This document shows, piece after piece, positions 1 through 7,302 of a stretch of DNA of 35,345 nt. A program made the translations under genes and the position numbers. This DNA is from Lysobacterales bacterium (lineage in GTDB: Bacteria > Pseudomonadota > Gammaproteobacteria > Xanthomonadales > SZUA-5), in assembly GCA_024710675.1 (NCBI GenBank), contig JANJUH010000021.1, forward strand, positions 1-35,345. Direction: 5' to 3'. Each line of letters opens with the position of its first letter. The first letter of the stretch is position 1. The notes under the pieces were generated by a model, which did not search any database, was not told where the DNA came from, and worked only from the letters and a program-made list of their open reading frames with translations.

Positions 1-1
1 T

Positions 2-1174
2 CTCGGCGTCGCCCATGGCCTCAACGACCCTCGACAGCGCCAGCTCGTCATCGATGTCGGCGGCGGCAGCACCGAGCTGATCATTGGTGAGGGCTTCGAA
101 CCGCTGGAGACCGAGAGCCTGCAGATGGGCTGCGTGGCGACCACGCAGCGCTACTTCGCCGACGGCCGCATCACCCGCAAGCGCTGGCAGGAAGTCCAGC
201 TCCAGTTGCCGCTCGAGTTCGCGCCGATCCTCAGCGCCTATCGTGCACGCGGCTGGAAGCGCGTGATCGGCAGCTCGGGCACGGTCAAGTCGATTGCCGG
301 CATCCTGGCGGCCTTCGGCGGACGTGATCGCGAAGTAAGCCGCGAGGGCCTGGACGCGCTGCTCGAGCGGCTGATCGACGTCGGCCACATCGAGCGCGTG
401 CGCCTGCCCGGCCTCGGCGAGGACCGGCGCATGGTCTTCCTGGGCGGCCTGGCTGCGCTCTATGCCTGCTTCGATGTGCTGGGGATCGAACGCCTGCGCG
501 TCAGCGACTATGCGATGCGCGAAGGGCTGCTCTGGGATCGCCTGGGGCGCATGCAGCACCAGGATCCACGCGAGCGCAGCGTCAAGACACTGGCGAAGCG
601 CTACGACGTCGATGCGGCGCAGGCCCGCCGCGTGCAGCGATGCGCACTCACGCTCTTCGATGCGGTTCGGCAGGATTGGCAGCTCGATGACGGGGCGCGC
701 GAGACCCTGGCCCACGCGGCACTGGTACACGAGGTCGGCCTGGCCATCTCGCACACCCAGCATCACAAGCACGGCGCCTACATCATCGAACACTCCGACC
801 TGCCCGGCTTCTCGCGGCAGGAGCAGGAAGCGATCGCCGCGCTGGTGCGTGGCCACCGCCGCGGCATTCCCGAAGACTGTTTTGCCGACGTGGCCATGGC
901 CGACGTCGAGGAGATCCGGCGCTGCCTGGCCTTGCTGCGCCTCGCGGTGGTCCTGCACCGAGCGCGCTCGGGCGAGGACGTGCCGGGGCTGCGGCTCGAT
1001 GCCCGCGGCAAGGAACTCAGGATGATCTTCCCGCGCGGCTGGCTCAGCCAGCACCCGCTGACCTGGGCGGACCTGCGCCAGGAGAAGTCCTACCTCGATG
1101 CGCTCGGGCTGCGCCTGCGGCTGGCTATCGCGCGACCGGTGCCCGGCGCGGTCCTGGGGGACGAGGAGCTGTAG
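2..1174 (+). CDS. ppx: Ppx/GppA-family exopolyphosphatase / pppGpp phosphohydrolase, 5' end outside window
   Basis: Frame 2 is open from the window edge with no start in the window. Translation reads ...QLVIDVGGGSTELIIGEGF..., a Ppx/GppA sugar-kinase-fold phosphate motif. The C-terminal half has an HD-type segment HTQHHKHGAYIIEHSDLPGF. Stop TAG at 1172-1174. ppx versus gppA cannot be separated by eye. Confidence 0.85.
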   Translation, partial: LGVAHGLNDPRQRQLVIDVGGGSTELIIGEGFEPLETESLQMGCVATTQRYFADGRITRKRWQEVQLQLPLEFAPILSAYRARGWKRVIGSSGTVKSIAGILAAFGGRDREVSREGLDALLERLIDVGHIERVRLPGLGEDRRMVFLGGLAALYACFDVLGIERLRVSDYAMREGLLWDRLGRMQHQDPRERSVKTLAKRYDVDAAQARRVQRCALTLFDAVRQDWQLDDGARETLAHAALVHEVGLAISHTQHHKHGAYIIEHSDLPGFSRQEQEAIAALVRGHRRGIPEDCFADVAMADVEEIRRCLALLRLAVVLHRARSGEDVPGLRLDARGKELRMIFPRGWLSQHPLTWADLRQEKSYLDALGLRLRLAIARPVPGAVLGDEEL

Positions 1175-1250
1175 CGGGACCCGGGGCTCGGAGAGGCTCG
1201 CACGGTCTCGGCCGGGTTGCAGTCGCTCCCAAGTAGCGGATGACATCAGC

Positions 1251-1315
1251 GCGTCGGCATGAATGCCGACCCACGTTCATGCGAGGCTCTTGTGGGTCCG
1301 GATTCATCCGTAAGC
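1251..1315. repeat. REP-like doublet, family 1 (units GCGTCGGCATGAATGCCGACCCAC and TTGTGGGTCCGGATTCATCCG)
   Basis: Each unit is an imperfect palindrome (GTCGGCA-TGAA-TGCCGAC; TCCGGA-TTCA-TCCG). The same doublet recurs in inverse orientation at 3292-3362, and related units occur at 8235-8334. All copies are intergenic. Confidence 0.8.
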
Positions 1316-1375
1316 TCTTCGGCGTCGCCAAATCGACACCTTCTGTGAACGCAGCCGTCATCATCGGCCGTCATC

Positions 1376-2608
1376 GTGGCGGTCATGATCGATGCCGACT
1401 GCCCCACGTCCATGGAACTGTCCGCCCCGGCGAGCGAAGACTCGGCGCCGGGCGCTCGCGGCGCGCGCCCCTTGCGAGTGCTGATGGTGACCGAGACCTG
1501 GCCGCCGGAGGTCAATGGCGTCGCCCTGACCGTGCATGCGCTCGCCGAAGGCCTGCTCGCCCTCGGGCACCACGTCCGCGTGGCGCGACCGCAACAGGAC
1601 GCACAGGATGTCGCGGCGCGTGCGGCCTTCGACGAGGTGCTGCTGCCTGGCGGCCGACTGCCGCGCTACCCGCAATTGCGCTTCGGCTGGCCGGCGCGTC
1701 GCCGCCTGCAGCAACTGATGCGGGACGAACGCCCGGACGCGCTCTACGTGGCGACCGAGGGTCCGCTCGGCTACTCCGCCGTGACGGCTGCGCGCCGTTC
1801 GGGCATTCCGGTGGCGACCGGATTCCATACCCGCTTCGACGATTTCGTCGCACACTATGGTCTCGGATTCCTGCGCCGACCCGCCTTTGCCTGGCTGCGC
1901 ACATTCCATAACCGTGCCAGTAGCACGCTGGTCCCGACCGAAGCCTTGCGTGCCGAACTCGTTGCCGGCGGTTTTCGCGATGTCCGCCTGCTGGCGCGTG
2001 GCGTCGACAGCCGATTGTTCGACCCGGCGCGACGCTCGCGGGCACTGCGCGCCGCCTGGGGCATCGGCGAGAACGAACTGGCGGTGATCCACGTCGGTCG
2101 CATCGCCCCGGAGAAGAATCTCGAACTCGTCATCGAGAGCCATGCTGCGATGCGCGCGGCCGGCATCCCCGCCCGCATGGTCTGGGTGGGGGACGGACCG
2201 GCGCGGGCAGCGCTGCAGGCAGCCCATCCCGAGCACATCTGGTGCGGCGTCCGCCGCGGCGAAGACCTCGCGGCGCACTATGCCAGCGGCGATCTCTTCC
2301 TCTTCCCCAGCCTGACCGAAACCTTCGGCAACGTCACCCTGGAAGCGCTCGCCAGTGGCTTGCCGACCGTGGCCTTCGCTTACGGTGCCGCCGGCGAGCA
2401 TGTGGCCGATGGCCGCGATGGCCGGACGGTCCGCTTCGGTGACCATGGCGCCTTCGTCGAGGCGGCAGTGGCGCTCGCGGGCGATGCGCTGGCCCGGATG
2501 CGCATGGGACGAGCGGCGCGGGTGAAGGCGGAGTCGCTGTCCGTGCCAGCAGTCGCCCGGAACTTTGCCGAACTGTTGGGTGACCTTGCACGGGGAGAGC
2601 GGACATGA
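1376..2608 (+). CDS. Glycosyltransferase, GT-B fold, family GT4 (group 1)
   Basis: 410-aa ORF. N-terminus ...RVLMVTETWPPEVNGVALTV... and C-terminal ...GDLFLFPSLTETFGNVTLEALASGLP... are typical GT4 signatures. Start is uncertain: GTG 1376, ATG 1385, ATG 1412 and TTG 1472 are all in frame. Confidence 0.8.
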   Translation: MAVMIDADCPTSMELSAPASEDSAPGARGARPLRVLMVTETWPPEVNGVALTVHALAEGLLALGHHVRVARPQQDAQDVAARAAFDEVLLPGGRLPRYPQLRFGWPARRRLQQLMRDERPDALYVATEGPLGYSAVTAARRSGIPVATGFHTRFDDFVAHYGLGFLRRPAFAWLRTFHNRASSTLVPTEALRAELVAGGFRDVRLLARGVDSRLFDPARRSRALRAAWGIGENELAVIHVGRIAPEKNLELVIESHAAMRAAGIPARMVWVGDGPARAALQAAHPEHIWCGVRRGEDLAAHYASGDLFLFPSLTETFGNVTLEALASGLPTVAFAYGAAGEHVADGRDGRTVRFGDHGAFVEAAVALAGDALARMRMGRAARVKAESLSVPAVARNFAELLGDLARGERT

Positions 2609-3138
2609 GCCGGGTGCACCTCGCGACACGGCGCCTGCAAAGCCACGACGAACGGCTCTGCCTGAGCATCAACCGGCTGGCGCTCAAGCCCTCGGTGCAA
2701 GGCTACTTCGCCGCTGTGAGCCGTCTCGGCGACGGCTGGTTCTGGCTGCCGGTGGCCGCTGCCCTGCCCGCCATCGATCCGGCCAGCGGCTGGCGCGGCC
2801 TGCTGCACATGGCCCTCGTCGGCCTGCTCGCTCTGCTGCTGTACCGCCTGTTGAAGCGCTGGAGCCGGCGTCCGCGCCCGCTGCACCGTCATCCCGACAT
2901 GGTCGTCAGCGTGGCGCCGCTGGACGAGTTCAGCTTCCCCTCCGGCCACACCCTGCACGCCGTGGCTTTCACCTGGGTGGCGCTGGCCTACGCACCCGCG
3001 CTCGCGATCGTCCTGATCCCCTTCGCACTCAGCGTCGCCGCCTCGCGGGTCGTGCTCGGCCTGCACTATCCGAGTGATGTGCTCGCCGCCACGGTCATCG
3101 GCGTGGCGCTGGCGGAGGCGAGTTTCGTGTTGCTGTGA
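2605..3138 (+). CDS. PAP2-family membrane lipid-phosphate phosphatase
   Basis: 177-aa hydrophobic ORF with PAP2 motifs ...SFPSGHTLHAVAF... and ...SRVVLGLHYPSDVLAA.... ATG 2605 overlaps the glycosyltransferase TGA (ATGA), which implies translational coupling. Confidence 0.85.
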   Translation: MSRVHLATRRLQSHDERLCLSINRLALKPSVQGYFAAVSRLGDGWFWLPVAAALPAIDPASGWRGLLHMALVGLLALLLYRLLKRWSRRPRPLHRHPDMVVSVAPLDEFSFPSGHTLHAVAFTWVALAYAPALAIVLIPFALSVAASRVVLGLHYPSDVLAATVIGVALAEASFVLL

Positions 3139-3142
3139 ATCG

Positions 3143-3205
3143 GTGAGTGGTCCGCGCGCCTGCGGCGCGAAGAGCCGAGTGAGTGGTCCGCGCGCCTGCG
3201 GCGCG
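3143..3205. repeat. Two tandem copies (36-bp period) of the 27-bp unit GTGAGTGGTCCGCGCGCCTGCGGCGCG
   Basis: Identical copies at 3143-3169 and 3179-3205, each with an internal hairpin CGCGCC-TGC-GGCGCG. They start 5 nt after the PAP2 stop and may also act as a transcription stop. Confidence 0.85.
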
Positions 3206-3213
3206 CTCAGTGG

Positions 3214-3395
3214 TGAGTGGTGAGTGGCATCAGCGGCCCGCCTTGCCCAGGGGGGTTCTGACCACCAGGAGCCCTCATTCACCTGCATCGGGCAAAAGCG
3301 TCCGGATGAATCCGGACCCACAAGCGCATCGCCAGCCTGTGGGTCGGCATTCATGCCGACGCTTCTGCCACCTACCACTCACCACTCACCACTCA
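3214..3395. repeat. Inverted heptamer arrays bracketing a REP doublet (MITE-like composite)
   Basis: (TGAGTGG)x2 at 3214-3227 and its exact reverse complement (CCACTCA)x3 at 3375-3395 flank about 147 bp that contain the REP doublet 3292-3362. Confidence 0.7.
3292..3362. repeat. REP-like doublet, family 1, inverse orientation of 1251-1315
   Basis: GCAAAAGCGTCCGGATGAATCCGGACCCAC ... CTGTGGGTCGGCATTCATGCCGACGC. Its reverse complement aligns with 1251-1315 apart from the inter-unit spacer. Confidence 0.85.
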
Positions 3396-3435
3396 CTTGT
3401 CTCAACCGAAGCCTCCCGCCCAGGCCGGCGGCCAC

Positions 3436-3464
3436 CTTGAATCCCACGCCCCCAGTCCACACAT
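3436..3464 (+). promoter_or_regulatory. Candidate sigma-32 (heat-shock) promoter for hsp20
   Basis: CTTGAAT (3436-3442), then a 14-nt spacer, then CCACACAT (3457-3464). The remembered consensus is CTTGAAA-N13-15-CCCCATnT. It lies 45 nt upstream of the hsp20 ATG. Motif match only. Confidence 0.35.
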
Positions 3465-3508
3465 CTCGGTCACGCCGGCAGATACCCGGCACCGCAATGG
3501 AGGACACC

Positions 3509-3958
3509 ATGGCCATCACCCGCTACAACCCCTGGAACCTGCAAGGCAACCTGCCGACCGAGTTTCGCGACCTGGTCGAGAAGTTCTTCACAGCCGATCC
3601 GAACCAGGACCAGTCGAACGTCGTCACCAGCCAGTGGGCGCCGCACGTGGACGTCAAGGAGGAACCGCAGCGCTTCGTGATCCTCGCCGATATCCCTGGC
3701 GTAGATCCGAAGGACATCGAGATCCACATGGAAAAGGGCATCCTGACGATCAAGGGCGAGCGCACCCACGAGTCGAAGGAAGAGAACGAGAAGTACACGC
3801 GCATGGAACGTTCGCGCGGCGTCTTCTACCGCCGCTTCGCGCTGCCGGACAGCGCCGACGCCGAGGGCATCAGCGCCACCGGCAAGCACGGTGTGCTCGA
3901 GATCGTGATCCCGAAACGTCCCGAGACCACGCCGCGCCGCATCACCATCAACGGCTGA
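3509..3958 (+). CDS. Small heat-shock protein, Hsp20/alpha-crystallin family (IbpA-like)
   Basis: MAITRYNPWN...WAPHVDVKEEPQRFVILADIPGVDPKDIEIHMEKGILTIKGER...GVLEIVIPK is a typical alpha-crystallin domain. ATG 3509 is preferred because GGAGGA (3499-3504) lies just upstream. The track ORF start at 3224 runs through the repeat island. Confidence 0.92.
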   Translation: MAITRYNPWNLQGNLPTEFRDLVEKFFTADPNQDQSNVVTSQWAPHVDVKEEPQRFVILADIPGVDPKDIEIHMEKGILTIKGERTHESKEENEKYTRMERSRGVFYRRFALPDSADAEGISATGKHGVLEIVIPKRPETTPRRITING

Positions 3959-4032
3959 GCCACAGGCGGCCCGGGTATCCTCGATGCCCGGGCTGCCTTC
4001 GCTGTCCACGTCAAGATCCCCACCCAGAGCCC

Positions 4033-4929
4033 ATGCGCTTCCACGACTACTACGAGACGCTTGGCGTCAAGCCGGATGCGAGCGCCGACGAGATCAAGCA
4101 GGCGTATCGCAAGCTCGCGCGCAAGTTTCATCCCGACGTCAGCAAGGAAAGCAAGGCCGAGGAGCGCTTCAAGGAGATCAACGAGGCCTACGAGGCGCTG
4201 CGCGAACCGGAGCGGCGACGGGAGTACGACCGTGCCCGCGCCGGCGGATTCCGTGCCGGCGACGAATTCCGTCCTGGACCCGGCGGCGGCGGCTTCGAGT
4301 ACGACTTCGGCGACGGCAACGGCCAGTTCAGCGACTTCTTCGAGTCCTTGTTCGGGCGCATGCGCGGCGGCCCGCGGCGCGGCGCTGGCGGTCGCGAGGG
4401 TCCGGCCGAGACCCGCGCCGAGTTCGAGATCGATCTCGAGACCGCCTACTCGGGTGGGAAGCAGCGGGTCACTGTTCAGGCCGGCCGCAGTGCTCGCACG
4501 CTCGAGGTCAAGGTCCCCAAGGGCATCGCCAGCGGCCAGAGCATCCGCCTCGCTGGCCAGGGCCCACTGGGACCCGACGGTGAGCCAGGTGACTTGTTGC
4601 TGACGATCAGGATCCGCCCGCACCCGCGCTTCCGTCTCGACGGACGCGATGTGTCGGTCGACCTGCCGATCGCACCCTGGGAAGCAGCGCTGGGCGGCCG
4701 GGTAGCGGTACCGACACTGGGCGGCGAGGTCGACATGGCCATCCCCGCCGGCTCGCAGAGCGGGCGCAAGCTGCGCCTGAAGGGTCGCGGGCTCGGCAGC
4801 GCGAGTGGCCAGGGTGACCAATACGTGGTCCTGCAGGTGCACACGCCGGCCGCGGACGATGCCCGCGCGCGTGCCGCCTACGAGGCCTTCCAGGCCGCAT
4901 TCCCGGGCTACGATCCGCGCCGGCGCTGA
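4033..4929 (+). CDS. cbpA: Curved-DNA-binding J-domain co-chaperone (CbpA-type, class B DnaJ)
   Basis: MRFHDYYETLGVKPDASADEIKQAYRKLARKFHPDVSKE... is a J domain with HPD. A G/F-rich linker (GGFEYDFGDGNGQFSDFFESLFG) follows. There is no CxxCxGxG zinc finger. The C-terminal DnaJ substrate-binding domains are present. Start is ATG 4033 within the longer 3397..4929 open frame. Confidence 0.87.
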   Translation: MRFHDYYETLGVKPDASADEIKQAYRKLARKFHPDVSKESKAEERFKEINEAYEALREPERRREYDRARAGGFRAGDEFRPGPGGGGFEYDFGDGNGQFSDFFESLFGRMRGGPRRGAGGREGPAETRAEFEIDLETAYSGGKQRVTVQAGRSARTLEVKVPKGIASGQSIRLAGQGPLGPDGEPGDLLLTIRIRPHPRFRLDGRDVSVDLPIAPWEAALGGRVAVPTLGGEVDMAIPAGSQSGRKLRLKGRGLGSASGQGDQYVVLQVHTPAADDARARAAYEAFQAAFPGYDPRRR

Positions 4930-4951
4930 AACCCGGCACGGATGTGGCTGA

Positions 4952-5461
4952 TCAGCGCTTGCGCGCCTTGTCGGCGGCGGCTTCAGGCGTCGCCGTGGCC
5001 GCGGGCCTGGGCTTGTCGCCCACGCCCGGGCGAACGACACCCTGCTGCAACTGCCGCCACAGTTCGAGGTTGCGCTCGGTCAGGTCGTGCATCACCGTCC
5101 AAGGCGACTGCCCGAGCAGCGTGTTGAGCTGCTGCCGGAATTGATGTTGCTGGTCGAGGAAGATCTGCAGGCTGCGCTCCAGATAGCTGCCCATCAGGCC
5201 TTGCAGCGAATCACCGTAGAAGCGGATCAGTTGCGAGAGCAGGTGCGTGCTGAGCAGCGGCTGCCCCTGCTCCTCGCGCTCGGCGATGATCTGCAGCAGC
5301 ACCGAGCGCGTGAGGTCCTGGCGAGTCTTGGCGTCCTGCACCTCGAACACCTCGCCGTCGATGACCAGTTGGCGTACATCCTCGAGCGTCACGTAAGAGG
5401 AGATCTCGGTGTCATAAAGACGCCGGTTCGGATACTTCTTGATGACGCGGGTCTTGGGCAT
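4952..5461 (-). CDS. phaR: Polyhydroxyalkanoate synthesis repressor PhaR
   Basis: MPKTRVIKKYPNRRLYDTEISSYVTLEDVRQLV...QDLTRSVLLQIIAEREE is the hallmark PhaR N-terminal DNA-binding domain. 169 aa. Confidence 0.92.
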   Translation of the reverse strand: MPKTRVIKKYPNRRLYDTEISSYVTLEDVRQLVIDGEVFEVQDAKTRQDLTRSVLLQIIAEREEQGQPLLSTHLLSQLIRFYGDSLQGLMGSYLERSLQIFLDQQHQFRQQLNTLLGQSPWTVMHDLTERNLELWRQLQQGVVRPGVGDKPRPAATATPEAAADKARKR

Positions 5462-5487
5462 CGAATCTCAGTCCGGGGCAGGCTCGG

Positions 5488-5508
5488 GCGCCGGCCGCAG
5501 GCCGGCGC
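5488..5508 (-). terminator. GC-rich stem-loop between phaB and phaR (possible attenuator; no U-tract)
   Basis: GCGCCGGCC-GCA-GGCCGGCGC, a perfect 9-bp stem with a 3-nt loop, 5 nt downstream of the phaB stop. No T-run follows, so it is not a canonical intrinsic terminator. Confidence 0.3.
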
Positions 5509-5512
5509 ACAT

Positions 5513-6253
5513 TCACCAGCCCATGTATTGGCCGCCGTTGATGGAGAGGTTGGCGCCGGTGACCCAGGCCGCTTCCTCGGCCACGAAGAAACACACCGAG
5601 TAGGCGATTTCCTCCGGCGAACCGAGACGCCCGGTCGGGATCTGGGCGACGATCTTGGCGCGCACGTCCTCGGGCACGGCCATCACCATGTCGGTGCCGA
5701 CGTACCCGGGGGACACCGTGTTGACGGTGATGCCAAACTTGGCATTTTCCTGCGCCAGCGAGATCGTGAAACCATGCATGCCGGCCTTCGAGGCCGCGTA
5801 GTTGGCCTGCCCGTACTGGCCCTTCTGGCCGTTGATCGAGCTGATCTGGACGATGCGCCCCCACATGCGCGCGCGCATGCCCTCGATGACGTTGCGGGTG
5901 ACGTTGTAGCAGCTCGACAGGTTCGTCGCGATGACGTCCGACCACTGTTGCGGGCTCATCCGGTGGAAGGTGGTGTCGCGCGTGATGCCGGCGTTGTTGA
6001 TCAGGATGTCGATGCCGCCGAGTTGCTCCTCGATGGCCTTCACCATCGCCTGGCACGATCCGAAGTCGGCCACATCACCGGGCACGATCAGGCACTCGAC
6101 GCCTTCGGCGCGCAACTCTTCCTGCCAGGCGCGGGCCTTGTCCTCGTTGCGGTAATTGGTCGCGACGCGATGTCCCGCCTGCGCCAGGCGCTTGACGATC
6201 GCCGTGCCGATGCCACCCGTGCCGCCGGTTACCAATGCCACCCTGCTCGTCAT
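5513..6253 (-). CDS. phaB: Acetoacetyl-CoA reductase (SDR family, PhaB type)
   Basis: MTSRVALVTGGTGGIGTAI...NNAGITRDTTFHRMSPQQW...YAASKAG...GANLSINGGQYMGW. It has the SDR TGxxxGIG and YxxxK motifs with a PhaB-like ITRD..F..M..QW segment. It sits directly upstream of phaR. Confidence 0.87.
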   Translation of the reverse strand: MTSRVALVTGGTGGIGTAIVKRLAQAGHRVATNYRNEDKARAWQEELRAEGVECLIVPGDVADFGSCQAMVKAIEEQLGGIDILINNAGITRDTTFHRMSPQQWSDVIATNLSSCYNVTRNVIEGMRARMWGRIVQISSINGQKGQYGQANYAASKAGMHGFTISLAQENAKFGITVNTVSPGYVGTDMVMAVPEDVRAKIVAQIPTGRLGSPEEIAYSVCFFVAEEAAWVTGANLSINGGQYMGW

Positions 6254-6322
6254 TGCCGTCCCTCCCGGACCCTGTGGTTCGCCCGATTCTACACAGCGTT
6301 CACTGCCCGCCCTTGACCAGCG

Positions 6323-7207
6323 TCAGCCGGCGACGGGCAGTCCGCGCCGTCGCGGCACGGACCCGATCTCCCATTGCCCGGCGGCCTCTGCCAGGAACGC
6401 CTCCAGGCTGCCTGCCCCGGGTTCGGGCTGGCCAAGAAAGCCCAGCAATCGCCGCAGCTCGGGCAGCGGATCCGCCCCGCACACCGCAGCATCACCGGCG
6501 CTCTTGGCCAGCTTGCGACCGTCGCCATCGAGCAGCACCGGCACATGGGCATAGCGCGGCGTGGGCAGGCCCAGGCAACGCTGCAACAGGATCTGGCGCG
6601 GCGTCGAGTCGATCAGATCGGCACCCCGGACCACATCGGTGATCGCCTGCGCGGCATCGTCGACGACCACCGCAAGCTGGTAGGCATAAAGACCATCCGC
6701 GCGCTTGAGCACGAAATCGCCGACTTCCGCGGCCAGGTCCTGCTCGAAGAGTCCCTGGATGCGATCGACGAAACCGATCCGGCCGGCGGGTACGCGCAGG
6801 CGGATGGCCGGCGTTCGGTCACGGTCGGAGGGCCGGCAGGGCCCGCGATGCACGCCGGCGGACGGCTCGAGATCGCTGCGACTGCACGGGCAACGAAAGG
6901 CCAATCCGCGTGCCAGGAGTTCGGCCAGGGCGGCCTCGTAGGCCGGCGCGCGCTGCGACTGGTACCACACCGGCTCATCGGGTGGCATGCCGCAGGCCTG
7001 CAGGCTCGCGAGGATGTCGGCCGCGGCGCCCGGCACTTCGCGCGGCGGGTCGATGTCCTCGATCCGCACCAGCCAACGGCCCCGATGCGCGCGCGCCTCG
7101 AGCCAGCTCGCCAGCGCCGCCAGCAGCGAGCCCAGGTGCAACCGGCCGCTGGGCGTCGGTGCGAAGCGTCCGCGGTAGGCCTCGACTGGATTGTCTTCAC
7201 GAATCAT
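6323..7207 (-). CDS. gluQ: Glutamyl-Q tRNA(Asp) synthetase (truncated GluRS paralog)
   Basis: YRGRFAPTPSGRLHLGSLLAALASWLEARAHRGRWLVRIEDIDPPR... and ...GRKLAKSAGD (KMSKS-like). About 294 aa with no anticodon-binding domain, as in GluQ/YadB. Confidence 0.9.
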   Translation of the reverse strand: MIREDNPVEAYRGRFAPTPSGRLHLGSLLAALASWLEARAHRGRWLVRIEDIDPPREVPGAAADILASLQACGMPPDEPVWYQSQRAPAYEAALAELLARGLAFRCPCSRSDLEPSAGVHRGPCRPSDRDRTPAIRLRVPAGRIGFVDRIQGLFEQDLAAEVGDFVLKRADGLYAYQLAVVVDDAAQAITDVVRGADLIDSTPRQILLQRCLGLPTPRYAHVPVLLDGDGRKLAKSAGDAAVCGADPLPELRRLLGFLGQPEPGAGSLEAFLAEAAGQWEIGSVPRRRGLPVAG

Positions 7208-7302
7208 TCGCTATACCGACCCTGACTGCCTGCCAGCTCCCGCTTGAAAGCCAGCCTGTGCATCGCCAAGCCTAGTCCGAACTTGCCGAAAGGGTTTCCG
7301 CC

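Noticed and set aside
1125-1364. Small ORFs sharing peptides such as RMNPDPQ and VGRHSCRR (also 3183..3440 and 7947..8435), which might suggest a small gene family
   Set aside because: The shared peptides are simply translations of the REP family 1 units in whichever frame is open. Similarity stops at the repeat borders.
3143-3227. Possible mini-CRISPR array or tandem-repeat locus
   Set aside because: There are only two copies of the 27-bp unit, with a 9-bp spacer between them, followed by a heptamer microsatellite. No cas genes are present and there are no spacers of CRISPR-like length.
3397-4929. 510-aa ORF that would fuse the hsp20 region to cbpA
   Set aside because: The upstream 212 codons read through hsp20 in a different frame and are Arg/Pro/His-rich nonsense. 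The J-domain begins exactly at ATG 4033, as in normal CbpA/DnaJ proteins.
6302-6341. Inverted repeat ACTGCCCG/CGGGCAGT spanning the gluQ stop as a terminator
   Set aside because: It has a 24-nt loop and no U-tract, and half of it lies inside the coding sequence. It is too weak to annotate as a feature.
7243-7249. CTTGAAA box upstream of htpX as a sigma-32 promoter feature
   Set aside because: I could not find a CCCCAT-like -10 element at the required 13-15 nt spacing. A -35-like heptamer alone is insufficient to call a promoter.
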